Source of the DNA: Reclinomonas americana ATCC 50394
Lineage: Eukaryota
Assembly: GCA_048213135.1 (NCBI GenBank)
Contig: PS015010.1
Location: forward strand, 2,034,316-2,054,315
DNA: 20,000 bases
Reading direction: 5' to 3'
Shown here: one piece after another, positions 1 through 9,083 of the stretch
How the letters are laid out: each line of letters begins with the position of its first letter
How positions within the stretch are numbered: position 1 is the stretch's first letter
The notes under the pieces: model-generated
What the model saw: only the letters and a program-made list of their open reading frames with translations
What the model was told of the DNA's origin: nothing
Database searches by the model: none
Made by a program: the position numbers and the translations under genes

Positions 1-512
1 GCGGAGTAGATCTTGGTTCCGTTCGGGTGAACCGACTGGCCGAAGAATACGCCGGGTGAACGGTGGAGCTGGCTTACCACTACACGTTCGGCACCGTTGA
101 TCACGAAAGTACCACGCGGTGTCATGTAGGGAATGTTACCCAGGAAAACGTCCTGAACGATCGTCTGGAAATCCACGTGTTCCTCGTCGTTACAGCTCAG
201 CCTCAGTTTTGCTTTCAGTGGAACCGCGTAAGTGAGCCCCCTTTCAATACACTCTTCAATGGTATAGCGCGGAGGATCCACGAAATAGTCAAGAAATTCC
301 AGTACGAAAATGTTACGGGTGTCGGTGATCGGGAAATTTTCCTTGAACACGCGGAACAGACCTTCCACATTACGTTTGTCGGGAGTGGTTTCCAACTGGA
401 AGAAATCTTTGAATGACTGAATCTGGATTCCGAGCAAATCGGGGGTCTCCGCCAGCAGTTCAACTTTACCGAAATTGATGCGCTGTGCGGCTTGTGTTTT
501 TGTTGCAGACAT
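1..512 (-). CDS. rpoB: RNA polymerase beta subunit, N-terminal part (runs off the left edge)
   Basis: Manual translation from ATG at 512: [16 protein letters not shown]...[18 protein letters not shown]...[36 protein letters not shown], the RpoB signature. Missing from the ORF track because it has no stop in the window. Confidence 0.97.
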   Translation of the reverse strand, partial: MSATKTQAAQRINFGKVELLAETPDLLGIQIQSFKDFFQLETTPDKRNVEGLFRVFKENFPITDTRNIFVLEFLDYFVDPPRYTIEECIERGLTYAVPLKAKLRLSCNDEEHVDFQTIVQDVFLGNIPYMTPRGTFVINGAERVVVSQLHRSPGVFFGQSVHPNGTKIYS

Positions 513-603
513 ATTGTAATTAAAACGTTTTAGTGTGCAGAAGACCTTTTCATTTGTGGTGAGTATTCATAAATAATGCCACTAACCCCAAATTAAAGGA
601 GGG

Positions 604-611
604 CAAAGTTA
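604..611 (-). promoter_or_regulatory. Bacteroidota -7 promoter box (TAACTTTG) upstream of rpoB
   Basis: Exact match to the TAnnTTTG consensus about 90 nt upstream of the rpoB ATG, in an AT-rich spacer. Confidence 0.65.
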
Positions 612-919
612 CATATATTTTCGCTATTTTTTACTTACTCAAGGCTATTTTTTAGGATTTTGGAAAGGTTTTTGCTGAAAAAACGACTTTTGGGCTTTTT
701 ATACACATTCTGAAGGAGTTAAGTTCCGCTGTTGTCCTGCTTCACCCCTCCCGGCTCCATCTTTTCCTTTTTGAAGAATCCGTTATTAATATACATTGAT
801 TTTCAATACAATATATCTTTCCCGCCAGTAGCATTATACTCAAAAACCGGGTGAAACCATTTCCCAATTTGCCCGGAAGGCCATAGATTGCAGCCTGTTT
901 CATCATTTTTACCCATTTT

Positions 920-1975
920 ATGATCTTTTCCACCGAAGCCGGTATACAGGGCCTGTCTATTCACTACTCTGGTAACCCGGCAGCCGGAGAAGACTGTGTT
1001 CTGTCGGATCAGCCCACTCCCCTGCCGGACGAGATACTTGAGCGACTGCTGATACAATATTTTACGGCTTCCTTTGAGAAGACTACCGAGATATTCGGGT
1101 TTACCCATACTTCGGGCGACCTCGGTCTGAATGAGATGTTCCATTTTTCTTCCCTCATTTTTGAAGATCCGTCCGTTTTGCATGATACCAGCCGGAAAAT
1201 CATGCGCCACCTGTATGAATGTTCCGGTCACCCGCGGATCAGGCCGGGCGAAGTATACGTGGTGTATTTCAGGCAACTGCAGGTGGAAGGCGAACTGACC
1301 AACGCTCTGGGCATATTCAAATCGGAAACCAAGGAGTCTTACCTGAAGGTAAACTCCAGCGGCGGAGATTTCAGTATCAGTTATGAGCAGGATGCCATCA
1401 ATATCCGTAAACCTGATAAAGGGTGTCTTATTTTCAATACTAAGAAAGAGGAAGGGTATAAAGTCGCCGTAATTGACCAGACCAACCGAGGTGCTGAAGC
1501 GGCATACTGGGTAGATGAGTTTCTTAAACTGAAAGCCAGGAATGATGAATATGCGCAAACCCACGCGGTGCTGAAAGTATACAAAGAATTTGTGACCGAT
1601 AAACTGGGGGAATCATTCGACCTGCAGCGTACCGATAAAATTGACCTGCTCAACCGTTCGATCAAATATTTTAAGGAGAATGACCAGTTTAACCTGCAGG
1701 AGTTCAGTGAAGAGGTGATCGCTAACGAGGAAGGTATACGGTCCTTTCATGAGTATAAGAACAACTATGAACAGGAATACGGTACTTCCATAGATGACCA
1801 GTTCGCCATTTCAAACGCCGCTGTAAAAAGGCAGGCCAGGATATACCGCAGCATTCTGAAACTGGACCGCAATTTCCATGTCTACATTCACGGCAACAAG
1901 GAAATGATCGAGAAAGGATATGATGAACAGACCGGCCTGCATTATTACAAGTTATATTTCAGGGAAGAGAATTGA
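920..1975 (+). CDS. Nucleoid-associated protein, NdpA/YejK (NA37)-like, Bacteroidota type
   Basis: 351-aa acidic ORF with HLYE.S.HPRIRPGEVYVVY, GIFKSE, DKGCLIFN, YW..EFL and a C-terminal SILKLDRNFHVYIHG..IEKGYDE..YYKLYF..E, as recalled for this family. Confidence 0.75.
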   Translation: MIFSTEAGIQGLSIHYSGNPAAGEDCVLSDQPTPLPDEILERLLIQYFTASFEKTTEIFGFTHTSGDLGLNEMFHFSSLIFEDPSVLHDTSRKIMRHLYECSGHPRIRPGEVYVVYFRQLQVEGELTNALGIFKSETKESYLKVNSSGGDFSISYEQDAINIRKPDKGCLIFNTKKEEGYKVAVIDQTNRGAEAAYWVDEFLKLKARNDEYAQTHAVLKVYKEFVTDKLGESFDLQRTDKIDLLNRSIKYFKENDQFNLQEFSEEVIANEEGIRSFHEYKNNYEQEYGTSIDDQFAISNAAVKRQARIYRSILKLDRNFHVYIHGNKEMIEKGYDEQTGLHYYKLYFREEN

Positions 1976-1980
1976 CGCGT

Positions 1981-2736
1981 TTACAATCCTATCGAATCCA
2001 GGAAATCGCCTTTTTTCCTGCTCGACACCGGAACGGTACTTCCGTCTTCCATTTCAATATAGCTTTCCTTACCCCGGTAAAACTTACTCAGGAATTTCCG
2101 GTTCACCACCCAGCTGTGGTGTACCCGCACAAACTGTACTTCCGATAACAGTTTCTCTATTTCCCCGAGGCTTTTGGAACAGGTGATCTTCTGCCCCCTG
2201 ACCAGGTAAACGATGCAGTAGCTCCCTTTTGCTTCCAGGCGTATGATATCATCAGCATTAACGAACTGTACACCTTCCGCAATGGGTACGCTGATCTTGA
2301 ACTGCGGCGTTTGTTGCTTTAGCTGCTCCAGCACATCAGTAATGTTCCGGGCGGTTTTAGTGGCATTGATCTTTTCCACTGCTTTTGCCGTTGCATGTTT
2401 CAGTTCCGCGATGCTGATCGGTTTCAGTATGTAGTCGACCGCGTTCTGCCGGAATGCCTTTACCGCGTATTCGTTGAACGCGGTGATAAAGATCACTTCA
2501 AACCAGATGCCTGTGGTATTCTGCAATTTTTCCAGCAGTTCGAAAGCATTGCCCTGATTCAGTTCAATATCCAGGTACACCAATTGAGGTTTTACAGAAG
2601 TGATCAGATCATAGGCTTTGTCGAGGTTGGTTGCGCTGCCAACCAGCTCCACATCCGCAGAGCAGTGGGTTTCAATAAAGGTTCTCAGGAGAACGATGTT
2701 CCTGGGTTCATCCTCAATATAAACGGCTTTTATCAT
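1981..2736 (-). CDS. LytTR-family two-component response regulator
   Basis: Receiver motifs IEDE, YLDIEL (phospho-Asp), FITAF and YILKP; C-terminal LytTR domain with FVRVHHSWVVN and VPVSSRK. Its ATG overlaps the upstream kinase stop (ATGA). Confidence 0.95.
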   Translation of the reverse strand: MIKAVYIEDEPRNIVLLRTFIETHCSADVELVGSATNLDKAYDLITSVKPQLVYLDIELNQGNAFELLEKLQNTTGIWFEVIFITAFNEYAVKAFRQNAVDYILKPISIAELKHATAKAVEKINATKTARNITDVLEQLKQQTPQFKISVPIAEGVQFVNADDIIRLEAKGSYCIVYLVRGQKITCSKSLGEIEKLLSEVQFVRVHHSWVVNRKFLSKFYRGKESYIEMEDGSTVPVSSRKKGDFLDSIGL

Positions 2737-5729
2737 GATGACCTGGTTTTTAAAGGTAATTGCAGGATGACCTTAGTGCCGAAGGCCTCGCCATCCTTAT
2801 TAGTATTATCGATTACTTTGATGAAATAGTTTCCCCGATCATAGCCAGCAAGACCTGTCAGCCGCTTCTCCACTATACCCAGTCCAAAACTTTTTGTGCC
2901 GGCATAAATACTGCCGGGTGATTTTTCCTTGCGGCCTACCCCATTGTCTGTGACCTCGCAACGCAGGTAACCATCAAAGCGGCTGATACGGATATCGATG
3001 ACACCTTTCCTGTTTTCCAAATGTTTGATACCATGGCGCACACAGTTCTCCACTATCGGCTGCAGCATCATATTGGGGATTTCTGTACGGTCGGTGTTGA
3101 TGTCATTATCAATCGTAAAATGAAACTCAAATTGCCCGGGTATCCGCAGTTGTTCCAGTTCCAGGTATTCGGAAATATATTCCTTTTCTTCCGCCAGGCT
3201 GATGTGTGAACGGATGGAAAGTTCCAGTGTTTTGCGAATCAGCCGGGAAAATTTCACCAGGTATTCATTGGCCTCATCGCGGCTGCCCGCTACTACCAGT
3301 TGCTGGATGGAAGCCAGGCAGTTGAAAATAAAGTGCGGGTTCATCTGGCTGCGCAGTGCCACCTGTTTCAGTTCCGCCATCTCTGTTTGGATAGCCGTCT
3401 TTTCTTTCTCGCGGCGGGTGATCGCTTTTACCCTGCGGTTATAAATGTAGTATACGATCAGCAGGAACAAAAGCAACACGCCTATCCTTACCGCGTTCCA
3501 CTGCCACCAGGGTTTTTCAATGGTGATGTCCAACTCCTGCACCGCAGAACGCCGACCGTATTTTGGCAGTTCTGCCTTTATCTGCAGTTTATAATTACCG
3601 GGTGTGAGGTTACCCAAAACGATCTGAGAGGTTTGCAGATTATGCCAAGTGGTGTCCGAGTCGCTAAATAAACGATAATAATACTGAAGTTCTGAGTAAG
3701 CATTATAACTTATTGCATCAAAATCAACTGTCAGTTGGTTGTGGTGATAAGGCAAAGTGATACTGGTAATCCCGGAGGTATCCCCTTTGTTGTAGGAGAG
3801 CCGGGTAATATACAGAGGAATAGGGATGGTTGGTTGCCGTAACAATTTTTCCATATTCTCCAACGTGTACAAACCTTGATTGGAAGGGATCATAATATTC
3901 CCGTTATGTTCCGCTAACTGATGGATCACCAGGTTCTTAAGCCCTGTATTTTCCGATAAGTTGATTATTCTATAACGTAATGGATCAAAGGAGGAAAATT
4001 CAATGACGGATATCCCATTAGACATGGCCAGCCACAGTGTATTATTTACAGGTAATATATACCTTACTGAGTTGCTCAGCAGTCCCTCATTCTCCGTGAT
4101 ATGCGCTATCACTTTTTCTTTATGAATCAGGGCGATCCCTGAAGAAGTGATGCCAGCGACCAGGATACCATTGGTCATTTGCCTGATCGTATTACATCCT
4201 TTTGACAGTACGCCCGATCTATCCGTAAGTTTGCGAAACTTGTTAGCCGCTACATCATATTTAAACAGCCCGGTATAGGCTGGGGCCCACAGTCCACCTT
4301 CATTGTCCAGGAATAGCTTCCCTCTTCCCGGCATTTGTTCAAGCATTACGATAGCCGGTTCCTGTATTTTGCCTTCCTTCATTACGAAACTATTCAGAAA
4401 CCCTCCTAATGACAGAAAAACGCGTGGACCATTGTTAGTGGCAATTTCATTATCAATAGCCAGGTGATAAACTAATCTCCCGTGCACACCTCTCAGTTGC
4501 AACTGCGACTGTTTATAATATGATTTTTGATGATCCATCTTGCCCGGCTTACAGCCAATAAGAATATTTCCATGCCGGTCCTCAATAATTGCAGTGGCCT
4601 CATGTATAGGCCTGTCTGTAACACGAATAGCACGGTCACCCTCCCACTGGTATAATCCACCATTGGCTATAAATAGCAGAAGACTGTCTTTGTAATAATG
4701 CACCCGGTTCACAGCCTCTTCTGTAATCTTTACCGGAGAATGTCTTTTATGGTAGAAGACCCCGCTTTCCAGTGTAGTAAACCACTTCCCGCCCTCATTA
4801 TCAAACGCTATACTACTTACACTCTTATTATGCAGTGGCGTGTATTCCTTCTGATCAGCTATTGTAAAGTCCGCCATGTCCACCTTTACGACTCCGTTTA
4901 CCTTCATCCCTACATATAAGGCATTTTCGGCCTCTTCATAATTCATGGTTAAAATATCTCTCGGGAAAATAAATTCATGGTATTCCCCCCCGGGCAGAAG
5001 TTGTATAAGATGGTTCCCTGCAAAAAGAAGAATGCTGCCGTTTTTAGCAAAGCAACTCCCGTAAAAATCAAAGACCAAACGAGGGGCTATGGGGATAGTA
5101 TAAGTGATAACCTCTTTCGTATTTTCCGCGTGAACAACCAGTTGGTTCCAGTTTCTCACACCACTTGACATTAACTGGGGCCAGGCAGCGTTACCCTTCA
5201 ACCGGCTAATACTGACAACACTCGATAGACTTGAATCAATCATGGAAGTCCGAAAATTGACAACCCTGATCTGCCCGGTATTAATGTCTATAATATAATT
5301 ACTTACCCCCCATACATTGACGTGTATACTATCGTCGTTTGAAATAAACACGTCAGAGATAACGCTTTTACCCATTACCTTTTCTACAATATCATTATGA
5401 CCATAAAGGTGGACCTGGTTATTTTCATAATAAGAGAGTTTATTGTTACGTGGAAAAAACCATATTCTTCCCTTGCGATCTTCACGTATTTTAAAGATCA
5501 CATTATCCGGCAAACCTTTTATCACTTCCATGCCCCCACCCTTATGCCGTACAACTCCCTGGTCAGTTGCTATCCAGATATATTCTTTGCTGTCCTTATA
5601 TACACAATACGCCTCATCGCTCGGCAAACCATTTTTTTGTGAATATTTCAACAATGCACCCACTTCTGTCTGCCCGTATACACAACCGGCAGATAGCAAC
5701 AGCATGAGTATTGCAAGAAAACGGGGCAT
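2733..5729 (-). CDS. Membrane sensor histidine kinase B (signal peptide, beta-propeller/Reg_prop, Y_Y_Y, TM, LytS-type His_kinase, HATPase)
   Basis: Signal peptide; GLPSD..Y...KDSKEYIWIAT and GLLSNSV propeller repeats; LTPGNYKLQIKA Y_Y_Y motif; PWWQW plus TM helix; H-box LRSQMNPHFIFNCL; N-box LQPIVENCVRHG; DNGVG G-box. Confidence 0.93.
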   Translation of the reverse strand: MPRFLAILMLLLSAGCVYGQTEVGALLKYSQKNGLPSDEAYCVYKDSKEYIWIATDQGVVRHKGGGMEVIKGLPDNVIFKIREDRKGRIWFFPRNNKLSYYENNQVHLYGHNDIVEKVMGKSVISDVFISNDDSIHVNVWGVSNYIIDINTGQIRVVNFRTSMIDSSLSSVVSISRLKGNAAWPQLMSSGVRNWNQLVVHAENTKEVITYTIPIAPRLVFDFYGSCFAKNGSILLFAGNHLIQLLPGGEYHEFIFPRDILTMNYEEAENALYVGMKVNGVVKVDMADFTIADQKEYTPLHNKSVSSIAFDNEGGKWFTTLESGVFYHKRHSPVKITEEAVNRVHYYKDSLLLFIANGGLYQWEGDRAIRVTDRPIHEATAIIEDRHGNILIGCKPGKMDHQKSYYKQSQLQLRGVHGRLVYHLAIDNEIATNNGPRVFLSLGGFLNSFVMKEGKIQEPAIVMLEQMPGRGKLFLDNEGGLWAPAYTGLFKYDVAANKFRKLTDRSGVLSKGCNTIRQMTNGILVAGITSSGIALIHKEKVIAHITENEGLLSNSVRYILPVNNTLWLAMSNGISVIEFSSFDPLRYRIINLSENTGLKNLVIHQLAEHNGNIMIPSNQGLYTLENMEKLLRQPTIPIPLYITRLSYNKGDTSGITSITLPYHHNQLTVDFDAISYNAYSELQYYYRLFSDSDTTWHNLQTSQIVLGNLTPGNYKLQIKAELPKYGRRSAVQELDITIEKPWWQWNAVRIGVLLLFLLIVYYIYNRRVKAITRREKEKTAIQTEMAELKQVALRSQMNPHFIFNCLASIQQLVVAGSRDEANEYLVKFSRLIRKTLELSIRSHISLAEEKEYISEYLELEQLRIPGQFEFHFTIDNDINTDRTEIPNMMLQPIVENCVRHGIKHLENRKGVIDIRISRFDGYLRCEVTDNGVGRKEKSPGSIYAGTKSFGLGIVEKRLTGLAGYDRGNYFIKVIDNTNKDGEAFGTKVILQLPLKTRSS

Positions 5730-6550
5730 ATCAGATGTCTCTTATCTTTAAAGGTAATTGCAGGATGACCTTAGTGCCGGAGGCCTCGCCATCCTTATTG
5801 ATATTATCGATTACTTTGATGAAATAATTCCCCCGGTCATAACCTGCCAGCCCTGTCAACCGCTTCTCCACGATACCCAGGCCAAAACTTTTGGTGCCCG
5901 CATAAATACTGCCGGGTGATTTTTCCTTGCGGCCTACACCATTGTCTGTGACCTCGCAACGCAGGTAACCATCAAAGCGGCTGACACGGATATCGATGAC
6001 ACCTTTCCTGTTTTCCAAATGTTTGATGCCATGGCGCACACAGTTCTCCACTATCGGCTGCAGCATCATATTGGGGATTTCCGTCCGGTCGGTGTTGATG
6101 TCCTTATCGATCGTAAAATAAAATTCAAACTGACCCGGTATCCGCAGTTGTTCCAGTTCCAGGTATTCGGAAATATATTCCTTTTCTTCCGCCAGGCTGA
6201 TGTGCGAACGGATGGAAAGTTCCAGTGTTTTGCGGATCAGCCGGGAAAATTTTACCAGGTATTCATTGGCCTCATCACGGCTGCCGGCCACTACCAGTTG
6301 CTGGATGGAAGCCAGGCAGTTGAAAATGAAGTGCGGGTTCATCTGGCTGCGCAGTGCCACCTGTTTCAGTTCCGCCATCTCTGTTTGGATAGCCGTCTTT
6401 TCTTTCTCGCGGCGGGTGATCGCTTTTACCCTGCGGTTATAAATATAGAATACGATCAGCAAGAATAAAAACAGCGCTCCTATACGTACCACGTTCCACT
6501 GCCACCAGGGTTTTTCAATGGTGATGTCCAACTCCTGCACCGCAGAACGC
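2750..6550. repeat. Direct repeat of about 800 bp (approx. 2750-3550 and 5748-6550, offset 2998) covering the TM and kinase domains of both sensors
   Basis: Visual alignment; the 60-nt stretches checked around 2941-3060 differ at about one position each. The TM segment is less similar. Confidence 0.9.
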
Positions 6551-8730
6551 CGGTTCTGTTTAAGTAACTCTGCTTTCACCTGCAATTGGTAATTACCCGG
6601 TGTGAGATTACCCAGTACGATCTGCGTAGTTTTAAGGCTATGCCAGGAAGTATCAGCACCATTTAACAAGCGGTAAGAATATTGTAATTCAGACGGTGAA
6701 TTATAGCAAATGGCGTCGAATTCAATAGTCAGCTGGTTGTGTTTATAGGGCAGGTTAATCTTATGGATACCACTTGTATCACCCTTATAATAGTTGATTT
6801 TGGTAATATACAGGGGAATAGGCGATGCTTTCTTATGGAGTAACTCTTCTACATTCCCGAGTTCATACAGCCCCTGGTTGGAAGCGATCATAATATTGCC
6901 ATCGTGTTCTTCTAATTGCCGGATCACGAGATTCTTTAGCCCGATATTTTCAGATAAGTTGGTTACACGATATTGCAATGGTGCGAAGGATAAGAACTCA
7001 ATGACGGATATACCGTTTGACATAGCCAGGAACAGTTTATTTTCAACGGGCAGGATGTACCTGACCGAATTACTTAACAATCCCTGCTCTTCTGTGATAT
7101 GCCCTATTACTTTTTCGTCTTTTATCAATGCAATTCCCGAAAAATTGATGCCCGCGGCAAATACACCACTGGCCATTTGCCTCATGCTATTGCATCCCTT
7201 CGACAGTATACCAGAGCTGTCCGGAAGCTTGCGAAACTTGTTAGCCGCTACATCATACCGGAATATACCTGTATAATCAGGATGCCATACCTCCCCATTT
7301 TTGTCCATAAATAATTTCCCTCTGCCCGGCAATTGTTCCCTCATAATAGAAATCGGTTCCTGGAACTTCCCGTTCCGTATCTCGAAGCTATGCAGGAACC
7401 CTCCCATAGATACGAAACCTACAGAACCGCCATTCACCGCAAACTCATTATCGCTCAAAAGCCTGTAAACCATCCTGCCTCCTGCCAGCCCTGGCAGGGA
7501 CAAAGGATAATGGTCAGATGAATTGTTGTTGCTGGACCTGTCGGGCCTGCACCCTATGATAATATTTCCGTAAGTATCTTCAATGACAAAAAAAGCATCA
7601 TGCAAAGACTTATCGAGTACCGGCAAAGCACGGTTACCTTCTAACCGGTACAAGCCGGAATTGCTTGTGAATAATAACAGGCTGTCCTTATAGTAGTATA
7701 CCCGGGAAACCGGCAGATCTGTTAGCCGGGCAGGGGAATAACTCTTATCATAAAAAGCCCCGCCTTCCAGTGTTGTAAACCATTTACCTCCTTCATCATC
7801 AAACGCAATACTGCTTATGCTCTTATTCGCCAGGGTGCTGTACTTCCTGTCATTCACTATCGTAAATCCATCCATTTCAACCTTTACCACACCATTGACT
7901 CTCGTTCCTACGTAAACCGCATTTTCTGGAGGATTATATTTAATGGCCAGGATGTCTTTGGCTAAAGTCAGCTTATGATACCCCCCATTGGCCATAAGTC
8001 TTAACAGGTGATTTCCTGCAAAGAGAATAATATCCCCATTATTTGTGAGGCAGCTCCCATAAAAATCAAACATCAAACGATAATCAACAGGTATCGTATA
8101 TGTAGCCGTTTTATCACCGCCGGTAACATGTACGATTAGCTTATCCCAGTGAACAATACCACTTAATACCAGTCGCGGCCAGGCAATATTGTCACCAAAA
8201 TGATTAATATTAATAACACACACAGGAATAGTATCCCTGGTGGACTTAATGAAATCAATTTTCCGGACCTTGCCGGTATTGATACTGATAACGAAATTCT
8301 TGAAATCCCATACATTGATACGGATACTGTCATCAGCAGAAATAAATGCATCGGTAACTACCGCATTCTTTAATACCTTCTCAACCTCATCATTATATGT
8401 ATAAATATGTACCTGGTTATTTTCATAATAAGAAAGTTTATTGCTACGTGAAAAAAACCATACCCTCCCTTTTCTGTCTTCCCGTATTTTAAAGATGACA
8501 TTATCAGGCAATCCCTTTATCACTTCCATACTCTCTCCTTTATGCCTTACCACGCCCTGGTCCGTGGCTATCCATATATACCCTTTACTGTCTTTGAATA
8601 CACAATACGCTTCGTCGCTGGGCAGGCCATTTTCCTGCGAGTAGTTGATCAATGTCCCATCTTTCACCTGCCCGCACAGGTTGGGCAGTACTCCGGTCAG
8701 CAGGAATAATGGTATGAGAAAGCGCAACAT
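5731..8730 (-). CDS. Membrane sensor histidine kinase A, tandem paralog of 2733-5729
   Basis: Same architecture and motifs as kinase B. Start moved from GTG 8811 to ATG 8730 (MLRFLIPLFLL...), which aligns with the paralog N-terminus MPRFLAILMLL and gives 999 aa. Confidence 0.92.
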   Translation of the reverse strand: MLRFLIPLFLLTGVLPNLCGQVKDGTLINYSQENGLPSDEAYCVFKDSKGYIWIATDQGVVRHKGESMEVIKGLPDNVIFKIREDRKGRVWFFSRSNKLSYYENNQVHIYTYNDEVEKVLKNAVVTDAFISADDSIRINVWDFKNFVISINTGKVRKIDFIKSTRDTIPVCVININHFGDNIAWPRLVLSGIVHWDKLIVHVTGGDKTATYTIPVDYRLMFDFYGSCLTNNGDIILFAGNHLLRLMANGGYHKLTLAKDILAIKYNPPENAVYVGTRVNGVVKVEMDGFTIVNDRKYSTLANKSISSIAFDDEGGKWFTTLEGGAFYDKSYSPARLTDLPVSRVYYYKDSLLLFTSNSGLYRLEGNRALPVLDKSLHDAFFVIEDTYGNIIIGCRPDRSSNNNSSDHYPLSLPGLAGGRMVYRLLSDNEFAVNGGSVGFVSMGGFLHSFEIRNGKFQEPISIMREQLPGRGKLFMDKNGEVWHPDYTGIFRYDVAANKFRKLPDSSGILSKGCNSMRQMASGVFAAGINFSGIALIKDEKVIGHITEEQGLLSNSVRYILPVENKLFLAMSNGISVIEFLSFAPLQYRVTNLSENIGLKNLVIRQLEEHDGNIMIASNQGLYELGNVEELLHKKASPIPLYITKINYYKGDTSGIHKINLPYKHNQLTIEFDAICYNSPSELQYSYRLLNGADTSWHSLKTTQIVLGNLTPGNYQLQVKAELLKQNRRSAVQELDITIEKPWWQWNVVRIGALFLFLLIVFYIYNRRVKAITRREKEKTAIQTEMAELKQVALRSQMNPHFIFNCLASIQQLVVAGSRDEANEYLVKFSRLIRKTLELSIRSHISLAEEKEYISEYLELEQLRIPGQFEFYFTIDKDINTDRTEIPNMMLQPIVENCVRHGIKHLENRKGVIDIRVSRFDGYLRCEVTDNGVGRKEKSPGSIYAGTKSFGLGIVEKRLTGLAGYDRGNYFIKVIDNINKDGEASGTKVILQLPLKIRDI

Positions 8731-8873
8731 GCCATAAAGATAATAGCTGCCGGGGTTAATCGGGAGTTCCCGGCAACTGGCTATTGAAGCGCTTATCCCG
8801 TTTTTATACACTTATGCCCTAAACCCCACAGTTATCCCGGAATGCCAGCAATAAAAAAAGAAAAAAAAATCTT

Positions 8874-8881
8874 CAAAAGTA
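8874..8881 (-). promoter_or_regulatory. -7 promoter box TACTTTTG facing the kinase operon
   Basis: Exact TAnnTTTG match about 145 nt upstream of the kinase A ATG; no clear -33 TTG at canonical spacing. Confidence 0.4.
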
Positions 8882-8953
8882 TTGATGAATTTTCTTGCCT
8901 GTTTCTCACTGGGGTATAGAGAGTTTACCCTGATGGAACCGGAAAAAATCAGC

Positions 8954-8988
8954 AACGGGGACTGCCTAGGTCCCCGTTTTGCGTTTTT
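8954..8988 (+). terminator. Intrinsic terminator-like hairpin
   Basis: AACGGGGAC-tgcctag-GTCCCCGTT is a perfect 9-bp stem, followed by TTGCGTTTTT. Confidence 0.6.
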
Positions 8989-9083
8989 GCCGTTCACACC
9001 CCAAAAAACGCTTTCATTTTTCCATAAGAAACTGTATTTTGTTGATAAGGGACTATCCCCTCTACACCTTAAAACGTACTCCA

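Noticed and set aside
63-463. ORFs 63-416 (+) and 215-463 (-)
   Set aside because: They are shadow or off-frame ORFs over rpoB.
803-1564. 253-aa minus-strand ORF
   Set aside because: It is an antisense shadow of the NdpA-like gene with no recognisable motifs.
3202-6442. Duplicated 80-aa + strand ORFs (3202-3444 and 6200-6442)
   Set aside because: They are antisense by-products of the duplicated kinase domains.
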